From positions 92,256,001 through 92,320,000 of the forward strand of contig OX597822.1 of assembly GCA_951406725.2 (NCBI GenBank): a DNA stretch of 64,000 nt, written 5' to 3'. Below are positions 25,741-40,070 of this stretch, piece after piece (the first letter of the stretch is position 1; each line of letters begins with the position of its first letter). The translations under genes and the position numbers were made by a program. The stretch comes from Octopus vulgaris (Eukaryota). A model generated the notes under the pieces. That model was not told the DNA's origin. It did not search any database and was given only the letters and a program-made list of their open reading frames with translations.

Positions 25741-25900
25741 ATTATTAATAATAATAATATTAAAGCTGTGAGCTGGCAGAGTCATTTGCACACCGGGAAA
25801 AAAAAAAAAAGTGGCATTTCTTCTGGCATTTTATGTTCTGAGTTCAAATACCATCAAGGTCAACTTTGCCTTTCATCATTTTAGAGGTCAGTAAAATAAG

Positions 25901-26674
25901 TGTAACGATAAATATGATTAGGTAAACAATATTATGAAATGTCGGAGTCAGCAGTTGTAATGATAAAAATTTGTTGTTATAATTGCATACTGTAGGATGT
26001 GAAAGATGAGCAATGCATGAAGTTTTAAGAAAGTATTTATTTACAATTACGTTGAAAAATATCATACCTCGATGGGCAGGTTATAACATCCAAGAGCATG
26101 CGAAAGAAAGTTAGACGTGGTAGAATTTTTTTTTTTTTTGCATAGTTTGGCGTACACAAATTGTTAGTAGTAATCCACAGATAGCGATAGATGATGTTGT
26201 AAGAGAACAGAATTAGAACTAGTGAAAGTTGTAGGGTTGTGGGACATCGTCTCACAGTTGCTGACAGTAAATTTCATTTCTCTTGCTGACCATTGTCTTT
26301 AGTAGCTGCATTCTTTGTGATCATGATTCTAGCAGTCCATTCCCTAATTGTGTCATCACGAGCCGCCTCACTCAGTTGTTGTCAAGAGACTACTTGGGGG
26401 TTCTTGCTTTTAGAACTATCCAGAAGGATAGATATATCATTAATATAGTTGGTGGTCTTGTTATCTCTATTCTAGCTTTTGGTGGATTAGAAGAGGTTAG
26501 AAAGAGTCAAGTGGTGAAGACATTATTTCGCGCCTAGCTAAAGGCATCTGGAAAATGTAAAACTGCTGTCAGAGAAAAACCATTGTTCCACCGTGGGAAA
26601 AATTCTGTTGCAGTGTTAATTTAAATTTGGCTATGGTGGATCGAATCCACTTCATGCATGCAAGATCCACTACA
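25901..26674. mobile_element. Solo LTR (probably Gypsy-type) inserted in a family-B SINE
   Basis: Begins TGTA and ends TACA, with 4-bp target duplication TAAG at 25897-25900 and 26675-26678. Removing it restores the SINE sequence AAAATAAGTACCAGTTGAGCAC. Confidence 0.8.
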
Positions 26675-27191
26675 TAAGTACCAGTTGAGCACTAGAATCA
26701 ATGTAATCAACTCCCCCTTCCCTCAAAACCACTGATCTTGTGTTAAAATTAGAATTATTATGATAAAGGCAATGAGTGGCCATTCTTCAAGCTCTTTACA
26801 TTCTGAGTTCATATCTCACTGAGGTCAACTTTGCCTTGTCTACATTCTGGAGTTAATAAAATAAAGTATCAGTTAAATACTAGGCTGTGTTTAATCAATT
26901 GTTTCTCTGTCCCCAAGACTGTGGCCTGTGCTGATGTAAGAAACTATAATTATTATATTATTATTTTATTATTGTAATGAAAGTTGTGAATTGGCAGAAT
27001 TGTTACAGTTTTGGACAAAATGTCTTGTAGAACATCTTCCAGCTGTTTATATTCTGAGTTCAAATTCTGCCAAAGTCAACTTTGCTATTTATCCCTCTGG
27101 AGTTGATAAACTACCAGTCAAGCACTGGGGTCAAATAGTATTGACTAAATCCTTCTCCTTTAAAATTACTGGCCTTGAGTCTAAATCAGAA

Positions 27192-27241
<50 letters not shown>

Positions 27242-30200
27242 GGTATAACTTAACAAAAAGTTCTTATATAAAATTATGATGGAATGTTTTAATACAGATA
27301 CAAACACATTAAAATAGGTTTTGTGTCAAAGAACTAAAGGCAAAGTCAGGTGGGTTGATATCAAAAGCAAACAATAAATATAGACAGGAAAGAGATTACA
27401 GAAATAACACTCGTATGTTTACCTTTCTTACTGTCAGACAACAATAACTTGGAGCAGAATGCTGTCTTTTACCCTAAAACATCTCTGACATAATTACTGA
27501 AGAACATGTACTATTTACATCTTACACATGATATCAGCTTCAACAGACAACTGTTCGAGTTGTTCACTCAGTAGATCTATTACTTCTTTATTGTATTTTA
27601 GTGTAAGTAGCCGAGTACTTCACAGACAATGATGTATACGCTTCATGCAATACTCCAGCAGACTCTGTGTAGTTAAGCTGTGTATACAATCTATCCAACA
27701 AGCTTTTACATAATTTCTGCTTACCTAATTTCACTGCTGTAGACACTTGTCGCAGGTGCTGTGTCAGTATTATAATGAAAACTAGGATTGTAAAACAAAC
27801 TTCAGTCAAACTAGACAAACAAAGAATTTCTAACTTTGGACTGTTATGGTGCTGCTTGTTTCTGTTGTGAATAACTTCTTAATAAACACTTGATAATCAT
27901 TGAATGATGCTCTAAACTTTGCATTCAGTATTATGATGTATAGCCTTGGAAGTATATTTTTATTTTGCTCTTCCACTTGTACAAAGATTATCAGAATTTT
28001 AGAAAAAAATCATATCAAACTTATTAACACATGCACTATTTTTTTCTCCCACTATTCTTTGTGTGTGCGTGTGTGTACATTCTTACTTTTGAAAGTAACC
28101 TATAATCGAATGCTGTTAACAGCTATTTGTTTCAGTTTTATAAACACACACACACACTCTCTCTCTCATTTTGTAGTTGTTCAAAAATTTGTCCATTTCA
28201 ATGCTATTATTGAAAGAGATTTTTGTTTAACACTGTTCACTATACGCACACACACACGCAAGACATTATGTCAATGTTTCGTCTATGAATTCTATTCAAT
28301 TCTGTTGGATACTTGCCTGTTCTTTATCATTCTCCTCTGCTTTGATTACTTTTCACACCTGTCATTTTCTTTTAGAATATCTAATATTTCCCATTTTCTC
28401 TTTGTATCATCCTCTGCCAGTAATAATATCCACTGATGGTACACATCTATATTTTCACAGATCTGTTAACCTCCTCTGCCAATTTCCAACCCCTCCTTTC
28501 ATGAACTGTCATTTCATTCTCAATTTCTTGCATATTGGAGCTTCTAACTTACTACTACTACTATAACAAGGACAATGACAACAACTAGGGTAGTGACTTG
28601 ACTGAATCATTAGAGCATGTGACAAAATGCCTTGGGGTATTTGTTCCAACTCGTGATGTTTTGAATTTAAATCCTGCCAAGTACCAGTTGAACTCTGAGT
28701 CGATTTAATCAACTATCCTCACCCCTCAAAAAATTACAGGTGTTGTGCCTAAATAAGTTTTTATATTAAAATTTTTCTGACCTTCAGTAGATTTTGGAAA
28801 CAGGTTAAGTATTTTGTATGTGCAGTTGAGGTCACCTTACAGTTTGATGGGTCCCAGCTCAATCCAGCTGTTCTGCACTTTACCCAAAGCTGTTGTATAA
28901 ATGTTTTATATATTGGCTACAAGTTGACCAAAACTTTACTGGAACTCTGCAAATAACCATCAAAAGTGTGTGTATTGGTAAGAGAGTGCAGAATTGGTGA
29001 GTGAATCAAAAACAGCCATATCGTATTCCATGCCATCCCTTTACTTCCAGTAGACTTTGCAATTCTACCATACAAGCCTGATAAAATAGGACCAGACAAG
29101 ATATTGGGTTAATTATCAACCAAATCTATAAAGGCATATGGCTATGGTCCAGTGATTGAAAACAATAAAACAATGTATCCATATACTCCACCGTTATAGC
29201 TGACATCCACTCTAAAGTTAGAATGGCATATGTGATTTGAATTCTGATTGGGAATTTGTTGATTTTATCTGCATGAAATCTTGGGTTCCGGAAAATTAAC
29301 ACAAATTCTATTAAAAGGAATTGTTTATCTTCTCAGTGTTGACTACTGATTCTTCTAGTTTGTTGCTAACATGTGTATGCATCTGCGTGTATGTTTACAT
29401 CGTTGTAACTTAGTGATTCACCAAAAGAGGTCAATGTACTGGTATTGATTTAAAAAATAAGTACTGGCATTGATTTGTTTGACTAAACTCTTCAAGGCAG
29501 TGCCCCAGCATGAAACAAGTAAACTATAAAAGATATATATATAATGAATAAATATACTTTCTAATGTCCACTAACCACACAAACTAGAACAAATTTTGTT
29601 AGTGTTTTAACCAGAAGCCAGAACAAAGTAACTTTAAGGCCTGAACTTATAATTCTGGAGTTTGGAGAGATTATGAATCTTTTGCTCTTGGTCTGATCCA
29701 CTTTATTTATTGTATCAATTTTAGGACAATGAATACTCTCTCATTACTGACATTTGTTTCTAATATACATGTGTGTGTGTGTATGTGCACATATGTTTTT
29801 ATGTGTATGTGCATATATTATATGTACCAAAAATTGTAACAAATTTTAAATCAAAAGTTTTTTTTTATGATTTATGTGCTAAAGGAACTTACAAATCACC
29901 ATATATGCACAAACAGACAGGTTCAAATATGTGTGCATGTGTGTACACACACACACACGTGTGCGCATACAGACATACATGTCTATGTAATATATTTACT
30001 GATGGAAAATAGTGTTTGTAGTTATTTCTGTTTCTCTGTTGTTAGTTTATTTTAGAATTAGACAGTTTCAGATTTGGGAAAATGACCATCTGTGAGCCAA
30101 AGCATTACTACAAGAATCTTAACTATGTTAATTCATTTGTCCTTTGTTCTTCCTTCATTTATGTACAGACAAAATTGTCAATTGAAAACTGAGTAATAAA

Positions 30201-30634
30201 AAGCTGTTTTGGAGAAAGTTGATTTCAAAACTAACATTATTTTCATCACTTTATTTAAAATTCTACATGTGTTTGGTACACCTTGTAAGGGGCCCAAGAT
30301 TCGTCTTACTAAAAAATATGCAAAATAGTCTCACTTGACAAATGTGCCGATGTTTGTCCTTTAACTGGGAATGGTGAAACTGCCACAGATATAGCATAAG
30401 GAATTAGATACTTACGACGAGTAACGGCAAAGGCAGACATAATCTGAAAGAAAGGAAATAAATATAAGTATACCAATAAAAGCAGTCACAGGCTTAGAAA
30501 AATAAGAAGTTACACAGTATGACAGTACACACCTATATAGAGCAGCACAACCTCTTACTGCACTGTCTTGTGTGTAAATGAGTATACAAGTTATAAGCAG
30601 GGTTGCCAGTGTAAAAGTAAAACAAAGCAAAAAA

Positions 30635-30750
30635 GAAGCTCTTTTGGCACCCTTTCTGTTCAATAGGTAGCAGTCCACTTTTTTCTAAGTATCTATACAG
30701 TTCATGGGCCAAAGCACTGACAATAGTTTCCTCATTAGCAAAAGACATGT
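30635..30750 (-). mobile_element. Short R4/Dong-like non-LTR RT fragment
   Basis: ALAHELYRYLEKSGLLPIEQKGC resembles the LPxEQKGC motif of R4/NeSL-group RTs. Confidence 0.55.
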
Positions 30751-30762
30751 TATTGGTTGAAT

Positions 30763-30794
<32 letters not shown>

Positions 30795-31742
30795 TATTAA
30801 CATGCCAGGCAAAATGCTAAATGACATTTAATCCATCTTTACGTTCTGAGTTGAAATTCCATTAAGGTCATCTTTGCCTTTCATCCTTTTGGGGTTGATA
30901 AAATAATCAACGAGCCCCCTCTCCCCAAATTTCAGGCCATGTGCTTATAGTAGAAAGGATTATCATTATCATCATCATTATTATTATTATTATTATTGTG
31001 AAAGTTTTTGTTCAGTAGTTTCATGCAATTTTCACTGTAGCACCTAATGCAGGCCCAGGGGTAGATAAACCACATTTTTTAAACATTTTCACAGCGTTAA
31101 GGCCTATTACTTGCAGAGTATCCAGTTGCTTTCCTCCAAATTTGCAATGAACATTAATCAGGCTCCTTGAATTGCTGTTAGCTAAAAAAAATTTCCATCA
31201 CCGATTATGGGCTCCCCAAAAATGCAGATTAATCAGATTTGAGTATACTGCACTTGGTTTTATCTTTGTTTTAGGCCATTTTCCGATAATAAAATATTGA
31301 CACTACTTACGCATTATAAGTAGTGTATAATATTTCATGAAAACCTTTTTGTCCAGTTTGGCAGAGGAAATGAGAAGAACATTAAATTTTTTGTCAGTGC
31401 CCTGTTGATGCTTCATGTTACCATCCTACGCACCACCGGGTCATGTGCATGTGTGTGCAGCTGAGTAAAGGCACAACAAATCCATTCTTCAGAAGTGCCC
31501 AGTTAATGTTTCATGTTTGCAATCCTGCACAATGCAGCATGGCCTGGCAGCATGTCTGCTTTCTATGTCATCCACATCTGAACTATATAATGCAAAAGGT
31601 TCATACAAAAACACAAACTGCTAACTGTTGTGACTCACAGCCATTAGAGTTTGACCATGTGACCTTTTCCAGAAGCTACACTTGCCACCTGCAATTAGTC
31701 CCCCACTGTGTTCCTTCCCCCATTTAGTCAGCCGAGTAAATA

Positions 31743-32243
31743 CAGGGTGTCCCAGGATTAATGATGATTTGAGTGAAATTGAATTCATTTTTTTCAAAAC
31801 TCAATTTTATTTATGTTTATCATATTTAATATGTGTTAAAAGTGTATAAAGTTTGAATTTTGTTTATAATTTTATTTTCATTCCTGTTGGACCCCTCCTA
31901 TTTGTCCATGATAGCTTTTTTTCAATTTGGCAGCAATCATTTTCTTTACCTCCATCCCCGTGATGGAGCAATCGTTCAGCCAAGCTTAAAGACCACATTC
32001 AGTTAGCAGTGCAGGAGCTAACTCCTGAAATGCTTCAAAATGTGTTCCACAATGCTAAAGAGAGATTTGAAGTATGCAGGGATACAGACATGTTGAAAAT
32101 TTTCAATGAAAGTTTGATGAAAGATTTATAAATCTAATTGTTTTGGTAATAAACATGAAATTCTGTCAGTTTTTTTTTATATATATATATATATATATTT
32201 ACTCAATTTCATTGAAACAGGTATTTAATTCTGGAACACCCTG
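31743..32243. mobile_element. Non-autonomous Tc1/mariner element
   Basis: TA|CAGGGTGTCCCAGGATTAA ... TTAATTCTGGAACACCCTG|TA: TIRs plus TA target duplication. Confidence 0.85.
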
Positions 32244-33340
32244 TATAGTGTAGCATTGTTGGTTGTTGCGTTGTTCAAGTAAATATTAAAATCAAAGGTC
32301 TTCTCATTATAAAGATCCCATATTTTTGTTAAGCATATTGTATCAAGGCGTATATTATCAAAAATGTATCTCTTCTTTATAAGCGTGACTGTGTGGTTAA
32401 CAAGCTTGCTTTCCAACCATGTCGCCTTGGCTTCAGTCCCACTGTGTGGCACCTTGTGTATTATATAATTGCCATTACTGTATTGATATATAAAATAACA
32501 CATACAACTCACTTATTATTGTCATGTAATAAACAAACTGAAGTTCATGTATGAAATTGATCTTTTTTCTACTTCAATTATTACATGTTTTTTCCTTATA
32601 AATACACACATACAGGAGGAGTAAATCTCTCTATATATAATAACACTTTGAATGTGGCTCCTGAGAAAGAGTAAAATTAATTACCTGATCAATGACCGGT
32701 ATTACTGCTAGTCTTTTATAAAAAGAATAAAAAGTACCAGGGTCAATTTGTTTGACTAGGCCCATTAAGTAATTAGATTGCAGCCATGCATAGAAGGGCC
32801 TAGTCAAACAAATTGACCCCAGTATTTATTTTTAAAGCCTGCTACTTAGTCTATCAATCCCTTTTGCTGAACCACTAAGTTATGGAGTCATGAACAAACT
32901 AATACCAGTTGTCAAATGGTGGTGGACAAGCATAAACATACTCACATATACACACACAATGGGCTTCTTTCCATTTCTGCCTCCCTCCCAAATTCACTCA
33001 CAAAACTTTGGGCAGCGCAGGGCTTCCAAGGTGCCACCTTAACCACACAGTCACACCTGTGCTTCTTTACTGTGCCTTTTGATCATAAGTTTGCTTGATC
33101 AGTACTGACCTCCGGTTAAACAAAGACAATAATTCAACAACTAACGTAGTGATATGGAGTATCAATGAACAGGATGTTATATAAACTTTCTTACATGTTT
33201 TATAACCTTTTTTTTTTTTGTTATGTATTTTTATAAACCTTGAGCATTATATTTTAGTGTATTAAACATTTTGATCCATAGATAAAGGTATTTCAAATAC
33301 CCTAACACGTCATAACCAGCAGTGTAATATTGTTATAGGT

Positions 33341-33535
33341 CAGTGGTTCCCAAACAATTTTTTAGAGTCGTGACCCACTATTTATCACACCAGTTTACGA
33401 CGACACACTTATAAGTCTTGAACTATCTCGATAGACAGCAGTTAATCAAAGCGTAATTTTATAACTTTTTGCGACCCACTAAGATTCTGTTCGCGACCCA
33501 TTTGTGGGTCGCGACTCATAGTTTGGGAACCACTG
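33341..33535. mobile_element. hAT (Charlie-type) MITE
   Basis: Perfect TIRs CAGTGGTTCCCAAAC/GTTTGGGAACCACTG and perfect 8-bp target duplication TTATAGGT. Confidence 0.95.
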
Positions 33536-33734
33536 TTATAGGTAGTTATTAAATAGTGAATATAACAGTGTGTATATCTAATGGTTACAATGATGTCTGC
33601 TGGGATCCAGTTAAGTATAAAAGTTTTGACAATCGTCTGGCAGAAGGGAGAATACTTAGTAAAATATTTACTTTATTTCACTTGATTTTCACAAAACTCA
33701 TAAGATTGATTTTATGTATCACCAATAGTATTTT

Positions 33735-34140
33735 GTGGCTGTAAGGTAAGTAGCTTGCTAACCAACCACATGGTTCCGGGTTCAGTCCCACTGCGTGGCA
33801 TCTTGGGCAAGTGTCTTCTGCTATAGCCCCGGGCCGACCAAAGCCTTGTGAGTGGATTTGGTAGACGGAAACTGAAAAAAGCCTGTCATATATATGTATA
33901 TATATATATATGTATGTGTGTGTATATGTTTGTGTGTCTGTGTTTGTCCCCCTAGCTTTGCTTGACAACCGATGCTGGTGTGTTTACGTCCCCGTCACTT
34001 AGCGGTTCGGCAAAAGAGACCGATAGAATAAGTAACTGGGCTTACAAAGAATAAGTCCCGGGGTCGATTTGCTCGACTAAAGGCGGTGCTCCAGCGTGGC
34101 CGCAGTCAATTGACTGAAACGAGTAAAAGAGAGAGTAAAA
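33735..34140 (+). mobile_element. tRNA-derived SINE (family A)
   Basis: Near-identical to 18223-18604. Confidence 0.9.
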
Positions 34141-34435
34141 GGAAATGGGGAGAAAGAAAAGAGAGATATGAAAAGAAAAGAAAAAGAAGAAAAGGTGGAG
34201 GGTGTGTTCAATTTTCTGCCTTTTGTTCTGTGTAGTGTGAATGTACTTTAAGTTCTGTCTTGACTTGATTTATTGCTATTTTCTCTCCCCTCTTTTCCTC
34301 CTTTTCACTTAGTTGTCACCTGATCACTGTATACAATAACGTTATTATTATACGAAGTTCCAACTCAGTGGGCACTGTTCCTTCAGTTTTACATTGGGGC
34401 TTATAGTGTCTCTGTTTTGTTTTTTTTTCACCTTA

Positions 34436-34836
34436 GGTGCAGGAGTGGCTGTGTGGTAAGTAGCTTGCTAACCAGCCACATGGTTCCAGGTTCAGTCCCA
34501 CTGCGTGGCATCCTGGGCAAGTGTCTTCTGCTATAGCCCCGGGCCGACCAATGCCTTGTGAGTGGATTTGGTAGACGGAAACTGAAAGAAGCCTGTCGTA
34601 TATACATGTATATATATATATAAGTGTGTGTGTGTGTGTGTTTGTCCCCTTAGCATTGCTTGACAACCGATGCTGGTGTGTTTACGTCCCCGTCACTTAG
34701 CGGTTCGGCAAAAGAGACCGATAGAATAAAGTACTGGGCTTACAAAAGAATAAGTCCCGGGGTCGATTTGCTCGACTAAAGGCGGTGCTCCAGCATGGCC
34801 GCAGTCAAATGACTGAAACAAGTAAAAGAGTAAAAA
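34436..34836 (+). mobile_element. tRNA-derived SINE (family A)
   Basis: Near-identical to 18223-18604. Confidence 0.9.
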
Positions 34837-35308
34837 GAGAGAGTAACTCCCGACCAGACATTGTTTGTCAATAATGTTTCGGATATATCTTGCTTTTGGA
34901 CAAAAAAAAAAAGAAGTTCGAGTTGCATTTGTCAGAAGTATTCCACCGCTCCTCTCTTACTCTCTTTCTTTCTTCCTCCTCCTCAAAACGGACATATTTT
35001 TAGTCATTCATTCACTCATTTGCCTGTGTATTCTGAGTTACCTCCCTTACACCATAAAATAAACTGTTGCCAGTTACGAAATTTATAGAGCTTTATAATC
35101 CTCAGCGCGCGCGACACACACACACACACTCATGCATCTGTGGGAGAATAAAAATGTTAGGACTGATTGTCAATTGATAGGTTGGTAGTCAGTAACTATA
35201 GCTAATTTTCAAGCTATCACTGAAACTTGGCTGCTAATTATGTTAGAAATATCAGAAATACTACATTGTGTTTTCTCTCTGCTCGTATCTATTTTAAAAA
35301 ATGTATTT

Positions 35309-35560
35309 GCTCCATTCAGATACATGCACTTTCATGTGGTTACACATGTAGCTCCATTCAGATACATGCACTTTCATGTGGTTACATATGTAGCTCCATT
35401 CAGATACATGCACTTTCATGTGGTTACACATGTAGCTCCATTCAGACACATGCACTTTCATGTGGTTACACATGTAGCTCCATTCAGACACATGCACTTT
35501 CATGTATTTACACATGTAGCTCCATTCAGATACATGCACTTTCATGTGTTTACACATGTG
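35309..35560. repeat. Minisatellite, 6 x 42 bp
   Basis: Unit GCTCCATTCAGAYACATGCACTTTCATGTGGTTACACATGTA, head to tail with no spacers. Confidence 0.95.
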
Positions 35561-36587
35561 TCACCACTCCTCCCTCCCTCCCATGTATTCTTTTCATTGG
35601 AACACTACTACTAAAAGCATATTTTAATTCCAACTTAAAATGTTTGCTATCAGAAAGATATGGAAAATTGGGGGTGTCACGTCCTGCAAAATATAATCCT
35701 AACCACAAGCATCAACCCTAACAACACTGGGCACAGGAAAACAACCAGTGGTCTGTTTCTGGGTACCACTTCCACAGCACTTTAAAACCCACATATCTCA
35801 AATGAAAACAAATTCACTGAAAAATTATTAAACAAGATCACTCAAAAATTGAGGATATTATATGGAGTTGGCAGTCTGTGAATCTAATATTAATATTGCA
35901 TTACTGCTGCCATCAGTTTGATTAAATTCTCATTTTATTTTCATCAGAAACTTCTTAGGTTTGCAGTGCCTCATTAGCTGTAAACAGATTTACACCGGTA
36001 ACTTTTCTCCCCTGAAGTATTCTAATGTGGTGAACTTTGTGATCAATAAATTGTGCTGTTTTAACAACCTAAAACATTATTATTACCCTACTTGGAAACA
36101 GGTGAGTGTCAGTAACATGAAGGGCAACTGGCCATAGAAAACCTTGCTCATTGAATTCTGTCTGACTCATGCAGGCATAGAAAAGTGGCAGCATATCCAA
36201 TCATAAAAATGAGTCTTCATTGTCACTAGACCTGCAGCAAAATTGTTTTAAAACTTCACCCTGTCTTTGTAGAAAAAAAGAGAGCCATCATTGAATAATG
36301 CGATTCTGGGTGTACTGCACTTGAGAAGATGAGTGGGTTATAGCTTGAATACCTTTATCACTTTGAGGTCTGCTCAGACAGGGCTAACCTGGAGCTAAAC
36401 AATAATCTAACTTTAAAGATATTTTATACATTTATGAAAATTTAGAGACCTAGTTAAATCTGGAATTGGAATGTGTGCACATGCTTGTCTGTGTGTGTGT
36501 GTGCATGCATTTACATGTATTAATGTGTTGACGGCTAACAAAGTATCAGATTATTTCTGTGTCACAAGTTCTTACTGTGACCCAGGA

Positions 36588-36639
<52 letters not shown>

Positions 36640-37365
36640 ATTGATATCCTGCCCTATAGGTGTTTTCCCCCTATTCTCAATGACTTAATTTTCTAAAGAT
36701 ATAATTGTATCTTATAATCAACTCACTTTTTAAGCGTCATCTACCTCCTTAAAAATACAAAACCATTCATACATTTTCTTACCTTGTCTGGAATTCTCCT
36801 GTTGCCATATATGCTTCAGTCTAAAATATTCTAGTTTACCTTCTTTTTACAGTAGCTTTACCAATTTTATGTACCATGCTGTACTATTTTCCTCACCTCT
36901 TTACAGGTTCTTCACAGCTAAATAATCTTAACCTTTCTTTAAACAGCTGTAGAAATACCAACATTATCCTGGAGTAATGATTCATTACTTTTTTGAGTTT
37001 TCTGAGCTTCTATCCTTTATTCCTTTTTAAGATTTGTCTGTCTACTTAAAGAGTTATGGCGTATGTCTATTGACTAATCATTTAGCTTAAACTGAATCAC
37101 TAATTTTTGTCTTCCCAAAGTATTTCTTTCTGAAACATTCCTTTCTAATAGTTTTCCTTTATCTAACAAAATCGTTTGTATCTAGCTATTCACGACCTTC
37201 TCCTTTTATAAATTTCTCTATATGTTGATTATATTCGTTACTGCCCATTATTTTTGCTATTTTTCATTGTTATTTAACTTCACTTTGTAATTCCAAATTC
37301 TGTATCATCATTAATTTCATCATGTACTGTTGTGCTGAGCAATCTCTTTTATCTTTATTCTTTAA

Positions 37366-37592
37366 CCCTTTAGTGTTCAGATTATTCAATCAAACATAAT
37401 GCCTATTGATTCCCATTGATTTGAATTAATCTGATTATCTCAAATCTTCAAGAGCTTCAAAATAGGAAAGATGTAATTACTTATTTTTAGAATAACATTG
37501 TAGGGTAGGTGTGAGAGCCTGGATCTGGTCAGTTTGAACATAAAACAGATGAGCTATTTTGGCCGGATATGGCCGGTTTAAACACTAAAGGG
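37366..37592. mobile_element. piggyBac-type MITE
   Basis: TTAA|CCCTTTAGTGTT...AACACTAAAGGG|TTAA; homologous to 47369-47588. Confidence 0.88.
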
Positions 37593-38266
37593 TTAAAGTT
37601 TCAAGATGTCTGCTTCAGACCTCTAGTTTTATGATAGAAAACTTTCCATCATAATTTTAGGTAATGAACCAACCTTTGCTTAATGATAAGAAAGTCACAT
37701 GTTATTCTAAAAGATACATTCTTTTGTCTTAGTTCATCATCATCACTTAGTGTCCATTTTCCATGCTGGCATGTTGGTATTGCCTTTTCACCAGAACAGC
37801 CTCATTTTGATTGCTATTTACTTGTACTGTTTACAATCAACTTTCTTGTATTATTTTTGCCACCTTGAAGTATTTTATTTTTCCAAAATGAGGACAAAGA
37901 TATGATGTTTGAGTGTCACTTCTTGCAATCCTGAAGTGGTCGATTGTCGGTCATCTGTCTTGATTACCTCTGCTTCTCTACCAGTAACATATCCTGGTTA
38001 GCTACATGTCCTTTGAAGCTAATTTGTAATGTAACGTAAATAGTTTTGATTTGTTCATTTGTTCAGTACCCATTTTTCCATGCTGGCATGGGTTAGATGA
38101 ATGTGTATTTGAGTCAGGATTCTGTGGATAGATGGTCTTCCTGTCACCAACCCTTAACTGTTGGCAAGCAATTGGTTATTCACTGTTTCATTCAAGCAAA
38201 GTTGTAATATGTCAAAATTCTTGCACACTCATTCTCTCTCTCATGCACATGCATGCACATGCACAT

Positions 38267-38299
<33 letters not shown>

Positions 38300-39158
38300 C
38301 TTTTTTCAGTTTCAGTCTCCAAATTTATTCACGAAGCATTTGTCAGCATAGAGCTATATTAGAAGGTACCATGCAGTAGGACTGAATTCCTGACTATGTT
38401 GTTGTCAAGCAAACTTTTTAACTACACAGACATACCTATTCCTAGTAACCTGAAATTTGACATATAGTGGTGACAGCACATAGCTTATCTCTCCATGAAC
38501 AAAAGCATGGACCAACCTAGTTTCAGATTTTGTTAAACACTTGTCAGAGAACAACTACTTGCTCTCTATCCACAAAATCATTTAAAGTGGATACAAACTC
38601 AAACATGCCTAAATTTCTCTGTTCTAATTTGCATAACTGTACATGCTCTCCATACTATGAGGACTATTCAAATGTCATGTAGACATTTGAATTCTCCTCA
38701 AAACAAAAATGATGAGTAATGCTTAACTCACATTGCCAGTGTCTGAACTCTTATGCAAATTAGACCAGCTTAGTCATGTCCAAATTTGTAAGCACTATCA
38801 ATAGCTTTAAGCTGCTATTCTATCTGTTGAGAGAAAGTGGATATTTGTTCACTGGTGAAGGTTTAACAAAATTTGAAGCTTATCACACCATTTATGACCA
38901 TGGAGACATACAAATGTAGTTTAATCATTTTGTTTACTTTTCACTGTGAGGCTAAATAGTATCAAAAGGCTTACTTGATATTTCAAATGTATATATCCTC
39001 TGTGCATATGTGTTGAGTTTTTTTTTAAGGCCCTCAACTTCGAATGGAGTCATAGGAGTGCTGTCATGAAATAGGCAAGTTGACTATAGTGGATCTGGTA
39101 TTGGTACAGTCATTAGAGCAGCAAACTAAATGCCTTTCAGTATTTGTTCTAACTTTAA

Positions 39159-39370
39159 CCCTTTCATTACTGTATTTATTTTGAGATGCTCTGTGTTTCT
39201 TTTAAATATAACAAAGAATTTAGTAAATTAACTTCGTTATCATTAAGCTAGTGTTAGGAACATAAATTTTAACTAAGATTTGGTGGAAGATTTGAATTCA
39301 AAACTTATGAAAACAAGACATTTATACTAAAGAGCCAGGGCCGGTTTCAGCCAGGTTGGTAACGAAAGGG
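39159..39370. mobile_element. piggyBac-type MITE inserted in a family-B SINE
   Basis: TTAA|CCCTTTCATTAC...GTAACGAAAGGG|TTAA. Confidence 0.88.
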
Positions 39371-40070
39371 TTAAACATTCTAACATCAAATTTCACTGAG
39401 GCCAACTTCACTTCTTTCCCTCTGGGATTAATGAAATAAAGTATCACTCGAGTACTAGAGTCAGTTTAATTGACTAACTCCTATCAGTGATTTGCTCCAA
39501 ACTGTCAGCCATATTGCCTTGGGTTCTATGCCCTATGAACATGAAACAGTTTCACCATGTATCATCTGGTATGGAAAAGGTTCTTTGCCATGTAAGAAGC
39601 TGTCATTGAAATGTTCAGATGTTTATCATTATCATCACTATCTTTTGTCTTCTTTAAAATTTTTTTACATTATTTCAGTCATTATACTGCGGCCATGCTG
39701 GAACACCACCTTGAGGGTTGAGTCAAACAAATCAACCTCATTTCTTTTTTTTTTAAAGTTTAGTACCTATTCTGTCAAAATCTTTTTACCAAACCACTAA
39801 GTTACTGGGGTGCAAACTGACCAAAACTGGTTGTCAAGTAGTGGTGGTGGTAGGAAATTACAAAGACACATCCATACCCATGGCTTTTTTCAGTTTCCAT
39901 TTATCAAATGTATTCACAAAGCTTTGATTGGCCTGGAGCTATAGTAAAAGACAGTTGCCCAAGATGCCAGTCTGAATCCAGATTCATGTGGTTGGGAAGA
40001 AAACTTCACACACACAGCCATTCCTCCACATAATAATAATAATGATAATAATAATAATAATAATAATAAT

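Noticed and set aside
27900-28436. 178-aa ORF and many similar short ORFs in the track
   Set aside because: AT-rich or microsatellite-derived translations with no domain motifs or exon structure.
35309-35560. CRISPR-like array or repetitive protein gene
   Set aside because: Units are contiguous with no unique spacers, the context is eukaryotic, and the ORFs arise only from a stop-free 42-bp unit.
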